From Nitrospirota bacterium (GTDB taxonomy: Bacteria > Nitrospirota > Thermodesulfovibrionia > UBA6902 > DSMQ01), in contig JACRGX010000002.1 of assembly GCA_016212185.1 (NCBI GenBank), positions 3,760 to 67,759 of the forward strand: a stretch of 64,000 nt of DNA. Reading direction: 5' to 3'. This document shows positions 1-8,769 of this stretch, piece by piece (the stretch's first letter is position 1; each line of letters opens with the position of its first letter). The notes under the pieces are model-generated. The model ran no database searches. It had not been told where the DNA came from and saw only the letters and a program-made list of their open reading frames with translations. Position numbers and translations under genes: made by a program.

Positions 1-1
1 A

Positions 2-2098
2 AACGCAGTCATTGCCACAGAAGATGCAAGATACTGGTCCCATAAAGGAATTGATTACATCGCCATCGCACGGGCGTTTTTAAAAGATACCATCTCCCTC
101 CGAATGAAGGAAGGCGGAAGCACTATAACACAGCAGCTTGCAAAGGTGATCTTTCTTGCGCCTGAGAAAACCCTTCAGAGGAAGGTCCGGGAGGTAATCC
201 TTGCATTCAGGCTTGAAAAAAACCTGTCAAAAGATGAGATACTTGAACTTTACCTAAACAGAATATACTTCGGGCACGGGGCTTATGGAATTGAAATGGC
301 GGCAAGGACATATTTCGGCAAATCCATCCCGGACATAAATCTTTCCGAGGCCGCGCTTTTAGCCGGCATAATCAAGGCGCCTAACACTTATTCGCCATAC
401 AATAATCTTGATAAGGCAAAGGAAAGACAGTACGTTGTGCTTAAAAGAATGGAGGATGCGGACTATATCTCAGAGAAAGAAATAAAAGGCGCTTATGAAA
501 AACCGCTTTATCTTTCAAGCCTGAGATATGGATATGAAGCTCCGAGTTATTTTTTTGAATACATAAGAAAATATCTTGAGGACAAATACGGCATTGAGGC
601 GGTCTATAAGGGAGGGCTCAGGGTTTATACTCCCCTTAATATGAAAATGCAGGTTGCAGCAATAAGGGCGCTGCAGGCAGGACTGCGGGATGTGGACAAA
701 AGACAGGGCTTCAGGGGACCTGCCGGGCACAAGGATATTGACCCTGAAGACATGCTGAAGGAGAACGAACCGCTCCCAAAGGTCCTGATGAACCCGGGAG
801 ATATTCTGACAGGCATAGTGCTTAAGGCATCGGCAGATGAGGCGCAGGTAAAGGCCAGGGGGATTACAGGAAAAATATTCCTCTCGGATTCTTTATGGGC
901 CAGCAGGCTCATAGACGCTAAAAGAAAAATAATCAAGGAATTTAAAAATTTCACGCTCACAGACATTTTAAAGACAGGCGATATTATAAAGGTCCGCATC
1001 AAGACACTTCAGGGCAAAGCGCCTGTTTTCCTGCTTGAACAGGAACCTGTTGTAGAGGGCGCGCTTGTCGCAATGGAGCCGTTAACAGGACATATAAAGG
1101 CAATGGCAGGCGGCTATGATTTCATGCGAAGTGAATTTAACAGGGCCGTGCAGGCAAAGAGACAGGCCGGTTCGGCTTTTAAGCCGATAATATATTCCGC
1201 ATCAATGGATAAAGGTTTCACCCCTGCAAGCATTATTATTGACGAGCCTGTAAGCTACCCGAGCGGACAGCTTGGCGACTGGCAGCCTGAGAATTATGAC
1301 CATGAATACTGGGGGGCAACTCGTTTAAGAGAAGCGCTTGCGTATTCAAGAAACATAGTGACAATAAAACTGCTTGAAAAGGTAGGCGTGGGAAATGTCA
1401 TAGAGTTTGCAAAAAATCTTGGGTTTCAGGGACCATTTCCCGAGGACTTAACGCTTGCGCTCGGCTCACTCAGCGTAAGCCCGCTTGAGATGACTTCGGC
1501 ATTTTCTGTTTTTGCAAACGAAGGCGTAAGGATGACGCCTATTGCAATAAAATACATCACAGACAGCAGCGGCGAGGTTATTGAGGAAAACAAACCGGAG
1601 GGCACTGAGGTCATTAGTCCTCAGACCGCGTTCCTCGCCACATCCATGCTTGAGGACGTTGTAAAGCACGGGACAGGCTGGAGGGCAAAGGCGCTTCAGG
1701 TGCCTGTGGCCGGAAAAACAGGCACTACCAATGAATACAGGGATGCCTGGTTTGTCGGGTACACGCCTGCGCTTTCTGCAAGCGTCTGGGTTGGGTTTGA
1801 TGATATGCGTTCACTCGGTCACGGAGAAACCGGCGCAAGGGCGGCATCACCTGCATGGGTAGCCTTTATGAAAGAGGCACTGTATGCTCAGGGTGATGAA
1901 GATACGGCAGGTGAAACATTCCGCATACCCGATGGAATCATAACAGCAGAGATTGACCCGGGCACAGGACTCCTTGCTACAAATAAAACCGACCGGATGA
2001 CTGAATTTTTTAAACAGGGCACTGCCCCTAAGGTATATTCAAAACAAGTCTCAACAGGAACTAAAAAAGAGGAAAAGAAAAATCTTGATCTGGACTAA
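2..2098 (+). CDS. mrcA: Penicillin-binding protein 1A (transglycosylase/transpeptidase), 5' end outside the window
   Basis: Frame is open from base 2 (NAVIATEDARYWSHKGID). Transglycosylase motifs EDxRxxxHxG, GGSTITQQLAK, ILELYLN; transpeptidase motifs SAFK, SRN, KTGT. Confidence 0.93.
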   Translation, partial: NAVIATEDARYWSHKGIDYIAIARAFLKDTISLRMKEGGSTITQQLAKVIFLAPEKTLQRKVREVILAFRLEKNLSKDEILELYLNRIYFGHGAYGIEMAARTYFGKSIPDINLSEAALLAGIIKAPNTYSPYNNLDKAKERQYVVLKRMEDADYISEKEIKGAYEKPLYLSSLRYGYEAPSYFFEYIRKYLEDKYGIEAVYKGGLRVYTPLNMKMQVAAIRALQAGLRDVDKRQGFRGPAGHKDIDPEDMLKENEPLPKVLMNPGDILTGIVLKASADEAQVKARGITGKIFLSDSLWASRLIDAKRKIIKEFKNFTLTDILKTGDIIKVRIKTLQGKAPVFLLEQEPVVEGALVAMEPLTGHIKAMAGGYDFMRSEFNRAVQAKRQAGSAFKPIIYSASMDKGFTPASIIIDEPVSYPSGQLGDWQPENYDHEYWGATRLREALAYSRNIVTIKLLEKVGVGNVIEFAKNLGFQGPFPEDLTLALGSLSVSPLEMTSAFSVFANEGVRMTPIAIKYITDSSGEVIEENKPEGTEVISPQTAFLATSMLEDVVKHGTGWRAKALQVPVAGKTGTTNEYRDAWFVGYTPALSASVWVGFDDMRSLGHGETGARAASPAWVAFMKEALYAQGDEDTAGETFRIPDGIITAEIDPGTGLLATNKTDRMTEFFKQGTAPKVYSKQVSTGTKKEEKKNLDLD

Positions 2099-2142
2099 AC
2101 AGCAGGAAAGAACCTCCCTGCAACATGCTGATGGGTATCTAA

Positions 2143-2236
2143 AATCTCCCCTCCCCTTGCGGGAGGGGACTAAGGGGAGGGGGAAGAATTTTCATAACCA
2201 CCCCCACCCTAACCCTCCCCCGTCAAGGGGGAGGGA
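2143..2236. repeat. Pair of GC-rich REP-like palindromes
   Basis: CCCCTCCCCTTGCGGGAGGGGACTAAGGGGAGGGG followed by CCCCCACCCTAACCCTCCCCCGTCAAGGGGGAGGG. Related sequence at ~47930-48015. Confidence 0.7.
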
Positions 2237-2264
2237 AGTAGTTTAAGGAGGAAGAACTTAAACA

Positions 2265-3308
2265 ATGCGTCTTTCACAGCTTGGCGAGTTTAATCTCATA
2301 AAAAAACTCAGGATGTCTTCAGCAAGCGCTGCGCCTGAAATTCTTAAAGGCATCGGCGATGATACGGCGGCCGTAAAAATCCGCGGAGGCATAACGCTTA
2401 TTACCACTGATATGCTCATTGAGGGCATACACTTTGACCTTTCATTTACAACATTCTACCAGCTTGGATACAAGGCATTAGCCGTAAACATTAGCGATAT
2501 ACTTGCAATGGGCGGGAAGCCAAAGTATTTTCTTGTGGGTCTTGCGGCGCCCGGGCACTTCACATCAAACCATATTGATGAATTATATGCAGGCATGAGA
2601 GCGCTCGCAAATAAATTTAAAATAAATATCATAGGCGGCGATACGTGCGCCTCAAAACACGGACTCATAATCAGCGGAACCTTAATCGGCAAATGCAATA
2701 AAATAATTCCACGCTCAGGCGCAAAGACGGGAGACGCCATTTTCGTAACAAAGACGCTCGGGGACTCAGCTATGGGGCTTTTGTTACTGAAAAAATTCAA
2801 ATTTCATCCCGACTTATTCGGGACAAATTTCAAAATTAGCGATGCAAAATGCAAAATTAGTAATAATAAATTCACGGTACGCTCTATTTTACCTTTACTT
2901 AAGCGGCACCTCCAGCCTGAAATTGCACCGGTAAAAAATACCAAAGGCATAAACTCCATGATTGATATTAGCGACGGACTTCTGATAGATTTAAGTCACA
3001 TATGCGATGAAAGCAAAACAGGCGCAAGGATATATCTGGACCAAATACCTGTCTCAGGGGAACTCGCCGGGACTGCCAAAAAACTGAAGGTAAACCCAAT
3101 GGGCTTTGCCTTAAAAGGCGGAGAAGACTATGCCCTGCTTTTTACTGCACCGGCAAGTTTTAAGACAAATGCGTTCAGAATAGGCGAGATAATTTCCGGG
3201 GAGAGATTTGTCGTTCATCCTGACGGCAGGGAAAAAGCATTCAAACCGGAAGGATATGAACATTTTAAAGAAGGGGGCAAGAAGTCAACCGGTAAAAAAT
3301 TCAAGTAA
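2265..3308 (+). CDS. thiL: Thiamine-monophosphate kinase
   Basis: Motifs GEFNLI, GIGDDTA, HFD, NISDILAMGG, GGDT, DISDGL, GGEDY. Confidence 0.95.
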   Translation: MRLSQLGEFNLIKKLRMSSASAAPEILKGIGDDTAAVKIRGGITLITTDMLIEGIHFDLSFTTFYQLGYKALAVNISDILAMGGKPKYFLVGLAAPGHFTSNHIDELYAGMRALANKFKINIIGGDTCASKHGLIISGTLIGKCNKIIPRSGAKTGDAIFVTKTLGDSAMGLLLLKKFKFHPDLFGTNFKISDAKCKISNNKFTVRSILPLLKRHLQPEIAPVKNTKGINSMIDISDGLLIDLSHICDESKTGARIYLDQIPVSGELAGTAKKLKVNPMGFALKGGEDYALLFTAPASFKTNAFRIGEIISGERFVVHPDGREKAFKPEGYEHFKEGGKKSTGKKFK

Positions 3309-3373
3309 AAATTATCAATTATCATTGAAAATTGATAAATGTTAATTTTGCATTTTGCAATGAAAGAAACACT

Positions 3374-3823
3374 ATGGCATTTAGAGATAAATTAAAACAA
3401 ATTTTTTATATTAACGATACGCCGCACCGCATTGCGCTGTCATTTTCTATCGGCATATTTATGGGAATATCGCCTTTTCTGGGGCTGCACACGGTAGGCG
3501 CTATTTTTCTGGCGTGGGTATTCCGTCTGAATAAGCTTGTCGCATTTGCAGGAGTAGCCATGCTGAACCCGTGGACACTTGTTCCTGTATATTCCTTATG
3601 CCTGTGGGTCGGGGCTAAATTAACCGGGGTAAAACAAATAATTCCTGATATTGACTGGGCTGATTTAACTATTCTCACTTTCATGGAAAAATTAGGCTAT
3701 CTAGTAGTCCCGTTTATTGTTGGCACATTAATCATAGCGGTTATTTCAGCCTTAATTAGCTACTTCATCATTCACAAGATAGCAAGTAAATACAAACCCG
3801 CCGTGATGGAGAATAAACAATAA
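3374..3823 (+). CDS. DUF2062-family membrane protein
   Basis: DTPHRIALSFSIGIFMGISPFLGLH...NPWT pattern. Start moved to the ATG at 3374. Confidence 0.8.
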   Translation: MAFRDKLKQIFYINDTPHRIALSFSIGIFMGISPFLGLHTVGAIFLAWVFRLNKLVAFAGVAMLNPWTLVPVYSLCLWVGAKLTGVKQIIPDIDWADLTILTFMEKLGYLVVPFIVGTLIIAVISALISYFIIHKIASKYKPAVMENKQ

Positions 3824-3825
3824 CT

Positions 3826-4662
3826 ATGCCTCACCGACTTACCAGACTGCATGTCCTGCTCTTCATTCTTACATCCATAACTACCCTTATGGCAGGCGCA
3901 CTGATGCAGGGAATTGTGCCATGGGAAAAACCTGAAAAAATTTATCTCGGTTTTCCGTTTTCAATATCAATCATGACTATCCTGATAGCGCATGAACTTT
4001 CCCATTATTTCATATCGCGCAGGCATAATGTATCCGTCACACTGCCTTATTTCATACCGGCGCCTTCAATGATAGGGACTTTCGGCGCAATTATAAAAAT
4101 GTCGCCTCCAATTTACGACAAGCGCTCCCTTATTGACATCGGGGCCGCAGGGCCTATTGGAGGATTTATAGTTGCTGTAGCCGCTGTGATAATCGGGCTT
4201 AACTATTCGGAAATCATACCTTTAGGACTGGCAAAAGGCGGTTTTTCGTTAGGCGGTTCAATACTATTTTCATTCCTGTCAAAAACAATCTTGCGAATAG
4301 ACCCGGAAAAATATGATATCCTGCTTCACCCCATTGCCTTTGCAGGCTGGATCGGACTTTTCATTACATCAATAAATTTACTGCCTGTGGGACAGCTTGA
4401 CGGAGGACACATTGCATATGCGGTTTTTGGGGAAAAGCACAGATGGATCACCACCCTCGTAATAATTGTCCTGTTTATCCTCGGGCTGACTTACTGGGAA
4501 GGCTGGATGATGTGGGCTGTTTTGCTGACTTTAATAAGCCGCAGTCATCCGCCGGTGGTTTATCCTGAAATACAGCTTGACAGAAAACGAAAACTCATAG
4601 GCCTGGCGTCATTTCTCATCTTCATAATAACCTTTATCCCCTTGCCCTTCAGAGACATGTAG
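3826..4662 (+). CDS. Site-2 protease (peptidase M50)
   Basis: HELSH zinc motif, AGP, NLLPVGQLDGGH; multiple TM segments. Confidence 0.92.
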   Translation: MPHRLTRLHVLLFILTSITTLMAGALMQGIVPWEKPEKIYLGFPFSISIMTILIAHELSHYFISRRHNVSVTLPYFIPAPSMIGTFGAIIKMSPPIYDKRSLIDIGAAGPIGGFIVAVAAVIIGLNYSEIIPLGLAKGGFSLGGSILFSFLSKTILRIDPEKYDILLHPIAFAGWIGLFITSINLLPVGQLDGGHIAYAVFGEKHRWITTLVIIVLFILGLTYWEGWMMWAVLLTLISRSHPPVVYPEIQLDRKRKLIGLASFLIFIITFIPLPFRDM

Positions 4663-4703
4663 GATGAAAATAGATTTTTATATCTGCTATAATCATGCTG
4701 TAA

Positions 4704-5336
4704 ATGAAAACAGCCGCTTTAATTATTTTTGCCAAGACCCCGATTCCGGGCAAAGTGAAGACAAGACTCCAGCCTGATATTTCTCCTGAGGAAGGACTGA
4801 AAATCTATAAGTCTTTTGTCAGAGAAATAGCCGGCAGATGTTCAAAATTAAAAGGCGTTGATAAATTTTTAGGCTGTGCTCCCACGAAAGATGATGATTT
4901 TTTGAAAGGGCTTGCCGCAACGCATTGGTTTGAAATGTTTAATCAACGGGGGAAGGACCTTGGCGCAAGGATACTTAATGCCTTTAAAGACCATTTTAAA
5001 AAAGGCTATAAAAAGGTAATTATAATCGGCACTGACAGCCCTACAATACCGGTTAAATTCATAAAAAAGGCCTTTTCCGAACTGGATAAGAATGATTTTG
5101 TCCTCGGTCCATGCTGTGACGGCGGTTATTATCTAATCGGGGCAAGGAAGGTCTTTCCAAAGGTTTTTGACAATATTCCATGGGATACCAGCGAGGTGCT
5201 GATTAAAACAATTGACAGATTAGACGCATCCCGCATTAAATTTTTCCTGCTTCCTTTCTGGTATGACGTGGACACTATTAAAGACCTCCGCTTCTTTAAA
5301 AAGCATCTGAAGTACCTGGGAAAGCAGCAAACATAA
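4704..5336 (+). CDS. TIGR04282/DUF2064-family transferase (arsenosugar-cluster-associated, CofC-like fold)
   Basis: IIFAKxPxPGKVKTRL, QRGKDLGARI, IIIGTDSP, VLGPxxDGGYYLIG, WYDVDT. Confidence 0.88.
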   Translation: MKTAALIIFAKTPIPGKVKTRLQPDISPEEGLKIYKSFVREIAGRCSKLKGVDKFLGCAPTKDDDFLKGLAATHWFEMFNQRGKDLGARILNAFKDHFKKGYKKVIIIGTDSPTIPVKFIKKAFSELDKNDFVLGPCCDGGYYLIGARKVFPKVFDNIPWDTSEVLIKTIDRLDASRIKFFLLPFWYDVDTIKDLRFFKKHLKYLGKQQT

Positions 5337-5397
5337 TCGCGCCTCATTTTAATATCTAATAACTAAATTTCAAATTTAAATAATCATAGTTATTTCC

Positions 5398-5426
5398 TTG
5401 ACAGTAAATGCAGAAAGCAGTATTCT
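5398..5426 (+). promoter_or_regulatory. Sigma70-type promoter
   Basis: TTGACA-17 nt-TATTCT upstream of the GT2 gene. Confidence 0.6.
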
Positions 5427-5491
5427 ATTAAGCTGTTAAACTGCAATTTAATTGTATAAGATTTTCAATGTAAGGATTTAATTACGGCAGT

Positions 5492-7006
5492 ATGCTTCTT
5501 TATTTATTTATAGCGATTTATTTTTGTATCCTGATAAGCGTATTTATCTACGCCGCCCACCGCTATTATATGGTGTACCTTTATTATAAACACCAGAAAA
5601 ACAAACCGGTCTCAAATGGAAAATTAACGCCTCTGCCGCATGTGACAATACAGCTTCCTTTATTTAATGAAATGTATGTGGTGAAGCGGCTGATTACGGC
5701 ATCCTGCGAAATTGACTATCCGAAAGAGCTGCTGGATATTCAGGTTCTTGACGACTCCACTGATGAGACTGTAATGATTGCACAAGAATGTGTCGGCGAA
5801 TTTGAAAAACAGGGGTATGACATTAATTATATTCATCGCAGCCGGAGGGATGGCTTCAAGGCAGGCGCATTGGCAGAAGGGCTAAAGAACGCAAAGGGTG
5901 AATTCGTCGCAGTATTTGACGCCGATTTTGTTCCGCAGAAGAATGTCCTGCAAAAAACCATCCATTATTTTTCTGACAAATCCGTAGGCATGGTGCAGAC
6001 GAGGTGGAGCTTTATAAACACAAAATACTCCCTGCTTACGAGGATACAGTCCATGATGCTTGACGGACATTTTGTGATTGAACACACGGCACGGAACTGG
6101 TCAGGCAGATTTTTTAACTTTAACGGCACGGCAGGCGTTTGGAGAAAAAAGGCGATAGAGACCGCAGGCGGATGGCAGAACGATACTCTGACAGAAGACC
6201 TGGATTTAAGCTACAGGGCGCAGTTAGCAGGATGGAAGTTCATATTTTTAAAGGATGAGACCGCCCCTTCAGAGATACCGGTAGATATTAATGGATTTAA
6301 GACGCAGCAGCACAGATGGGCAAAAGGCTCCATACAGACGGCAAAAAAGCTGCTGCCTGCAATAATGAAAAGCAATCTTCCATGGAAGGTTAAAGTAGAA
6401 GCATTTTTCCATCTGACAAACAATATTTCCTATCTGTTTATGTTGCTGCTGGCAATGTTGATGTATCCGTCTATGGTGGCCAGGATTAATATCGGATGGT
6501 TTCATATGCTTGTGACTGATGTGCCCTTCCTCCTGGTCGCAACAGTCGGCATTTCTTTTTTTTACATGTGCTCACAGAAAGAGGCTTATAAAGACTGGAA
6601 GTCAAGACTGATTTATCTGCCGGCACTAATGTCGCTCGGCATCGGGCTGTCTGTCAATAATTCAAAGGCGGTGCTGGAGGCGCTTTTTAACCGTGAGACC
6701 GAATTTACCCGCACCCCTAAATTTAAAATTGAGGGTAAAAAGGACAAATGGGCTGATAAGAAATACAAAGGCAAGACAACTCTTATGCCGATAATTGAAC
6801 TGCTTTTGGGGTTTTATTTTACCTTTAATATATATTTTGCTTATGTTAACAAAATCTATATTTCCATACCATTTTTGATGATATTCCAGATGGGTTTTTT
6901 TTATGTTGCATTTTTATCTTTATTCCAAGTATTATTTGGACGGATGATTTTAAAATTTATGCAGTATTTTACCTCTAACATCAAGGACATAATTACGGCC
7001 CAGTAA
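5492..7006 (+). CDS. Processive, membrane-bound GT2 glycosyltransferase (cellulose-synthase/CslA-like)
   Basis: QLPLFNE, DDSTD, GFKAGAL, FDADF, TED, QQHRWAKG (QxxRW); TM helices. Confidence 0.9.
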   Translation: MLLYLFIAIYFCILISVFIYAAHRYYMVYLYYKHQKNKPVSNGKLTPLPHVTIQLPLFNEMYVVKRLITASCEIDYPKELLDIQVLDDSTDETVMIAQECVGEFEKQGYDINYIHRSRRDGFKAGALAEGLKNAKGEFVAVFDADFVPQKNVLQKTIHYFSDKSVGMVQTRWSFINTKYSLLTRIQSMMLDGHFVIEHTARNWSGRFFNFNGTAGVWRKKAIETAGGWQNDTLTEDLDLSYRAQLAGWKFIFLKDETAPSEIPVDINGFKTQQHRWAKGSIQTAKKLLPAIMKSNLPWKVKVEAFFHLTNNISYLFMLLLAMLMYPSMVARINIGWFHMLVTDVPFLLVATVGISFFYMCSQKEAYKDWKSRLIYLPALMSLGIGLSVNNSKAVLEALFNRETEFTRTPKFKIEGKKDKWADKKYKGKTTLMPIIELLLGFYFTFNIYFAYVNKIYISIPFLMIFQMGFFYVAFLSLFQVLFGRMILKFMQYFTSNIKDIITAQ

Positions 7007-7069
7007 AAAGTGTAGAAAATAAATAATTTACTTGTTATATTAGATAACTTATATTTTCCGGAGGGGAAC

Positions 7070-8041
7070 ATGACAAAAAAGCTTATAATTGTTTTTATCA
7101 GTTTATTAAGCAGTATTATTTTTATTGCAAATGATTCTTTTGCAGGATGGACGCAGGCAAAAGGTCATGCCTATAACCAGTTGACTTATGGCTATTACGT
7201 CTCAAGCCATAAATACACCTCTCTTGAGACAAGGAATGATGTTGCCGTAGGCGCAACCAAGGGCAAGGAACGGATTGAGGCTTCTAAATTTGTATCGCGA
7301 AGCATTACTTATTATGGAGAATACGGACTTATTGATTCACTTACAATCTTTACCACAATCCCTTTGAAAGAGACGATATCGGCAGATACTATTAAGTATT
7401 CCGGGGAACGGGGCCCGAGCGGAATAGGCGATATAGATTTGGGTCTAAGATACAATCTTATGCAGAGTCTTGGAGGCGGACCGCTGTCACTGCAAGGCAC
7501 GGTGAAGATCCCCGAGGCATATAAATACGGCAATCCCTTGGAGTCATTAAGTTTAGGCGACGGCCAGTATGATGCAACGCTGGCTCTGCTCTATGGCAGA
7601 GGGTTAGGAAAAGGTTATGCCGTATTCAACGGAGGATATAAATATCGTTTTGAGAATCGTAAATACTATGCCTTTAAACCTTCGGATCAGATTAAGGTTT
7701 CAATAAGCGGCGGCTACCAAATTGCATCCAAGGTAGGTCTAGGAGCCATTGTAGACTGGACACGGTCTGTCGGAAATGCATATGTTTCAGATGAGATGAT
7801 AAAAGCTAATTATGCTTATGGCGGGCGCCGGTCTCAACAGGATAATGTCCTGATCAGGGATTCGCTGGGCCTTGAGCAGCAGGTTTTAAATGTGGGGGCA
7901 TCCCTGATTTACAATTTACCTTTTAAAAATACGCAGTTTGTGCTGTCCTATGCTGTTGATGTCGGCGGCGCAGGCATATTTGAAACCAATGATGCAGGAG
8001 TGGGAGAGACATATAACGCAGGATTGGTTTATACGTTTTAA
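7070..8041 (+). CDS. Putative outer-membrane beta-barrel protein
   Basis: Signal peptide, alternating hydrophobic strands, GIGDIDLGLRY, C-terminal YTF. Confidence 0.65.
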   Translation: MTKKLIIVFISLLSSIIFIANDSFAGWTQAKGHAYNQLTYGYYVSSHKYTSLETRNDVAVGATKGKERIEASKFVSRSITYYGEYGLIDSLTIFTTIPLKETISADTIKYSGERGPSGIGDIDLGLRYNLMQSLGGGPLSLQGTVKIPEAYKYGNPLESLSLGDGQYDATLALLYGRGLGKGYAVFNGGYKYRFENRKYYAFKPSDQIKVSISGGYQIASKVGLGAIVDWTRSVGNAYVSDEMIKANYAYGGRRSQQDNVLIRDSLGLEQQVLNVGASLIYNLPFKNTQFVLSYAVDVGGAGIFETNDAGVGETYNAGLVYTF

Positions 8042-8056
8042 TTTAGATAATATTGT

Positions 8057-8088
8057 CCCGGCCTTTCATGAAATATGATGAGGCCGGG
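8057..8088. terminator. Stem-loop after the beta-barrel gene
   Basis: CCCGGCCT...AGGCCGGG inverted repeat; no clear U-tract. Confidence 0.4.
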
Positions 8089-8111
8089 CAAATGTTCATT
8101 CCGTTTAATAA

Positions 8112-8747
8112 GTGGCTTCAATAATTAAAAAAATACCTTTTTCCCTCTTATTTGTACTGCTGCTGACAATTTTCTCCCTTTATGTTTTCAAACACAGCCA
8201 TACACTCATGGCAATTTTTTATCAGACGGTTAAACAGAATGATAAGGCTATAGCTGAATTTACAAAGGCAATCAACACTAACCCCCGGGATGCATATGCC
8301 TATTATCATTTGGGTTTAATGCTGAAGGATAAAATGGACTTTGACGGGGCTGAGGATATATATCTGAGATTGTTAAAAATTTTTCCAGAACACCCGGACG
8401 CCAATTACGACTTAGGCTATATTTACAGGGAAAAGGGGCTTTACGACAAGGCAATTGAAAGATACAGAAAAACGCTGGAGATTAATCCGAAGAATGTATA
8501 TGCGCATTATGATATGGGGTATATTTACAGGATCAACGGACGGTATGAGGAGGCGCTTAACGAGTATAAAAAAGCCTTGGAGATAGATTCAAAGCATCCT
8601 CATGCGCATTATGATACGGGATTAATCTATGAAAAATGGGGACTGAAGGATAAAGCGGAAGAAGAATTCAGGATTTACCATAAGATTACCGACCCTAATT
8701 TTATAGAAAATTTTATTAATAAGATAACAGGTAAGAAAAAAAAGTGA
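8112..8747 (+). CDS. Membrane-anchored TPR-repeat protein
   Basis: N-terminal TM segment and ~4-5 TPR units (AHYDxGxIY...KALEI.P). Confidence 0.88.
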   Translation: MASIIKKIPFSLLFVLLLTIFSLYVFKHSHTLMAIFYQTVKQNDKAIAEFTKAINTNPRDAYAYYHLGLMLKDKMDFDGAEDIYLRLLKIFPEHPDANYDLGYIYREKGLYDKAIERYRKTLEINPKNVYAHYDMGYIYRINGRYEEALNEYKKALEIDSKHPHAHYDTGLIYEKWGLKDKAEEEFRIYHKITDPNFIENFINKITGKKKK

Positions 8748-8769
8748 GGACAAATGAGTCCGGAGTTTT

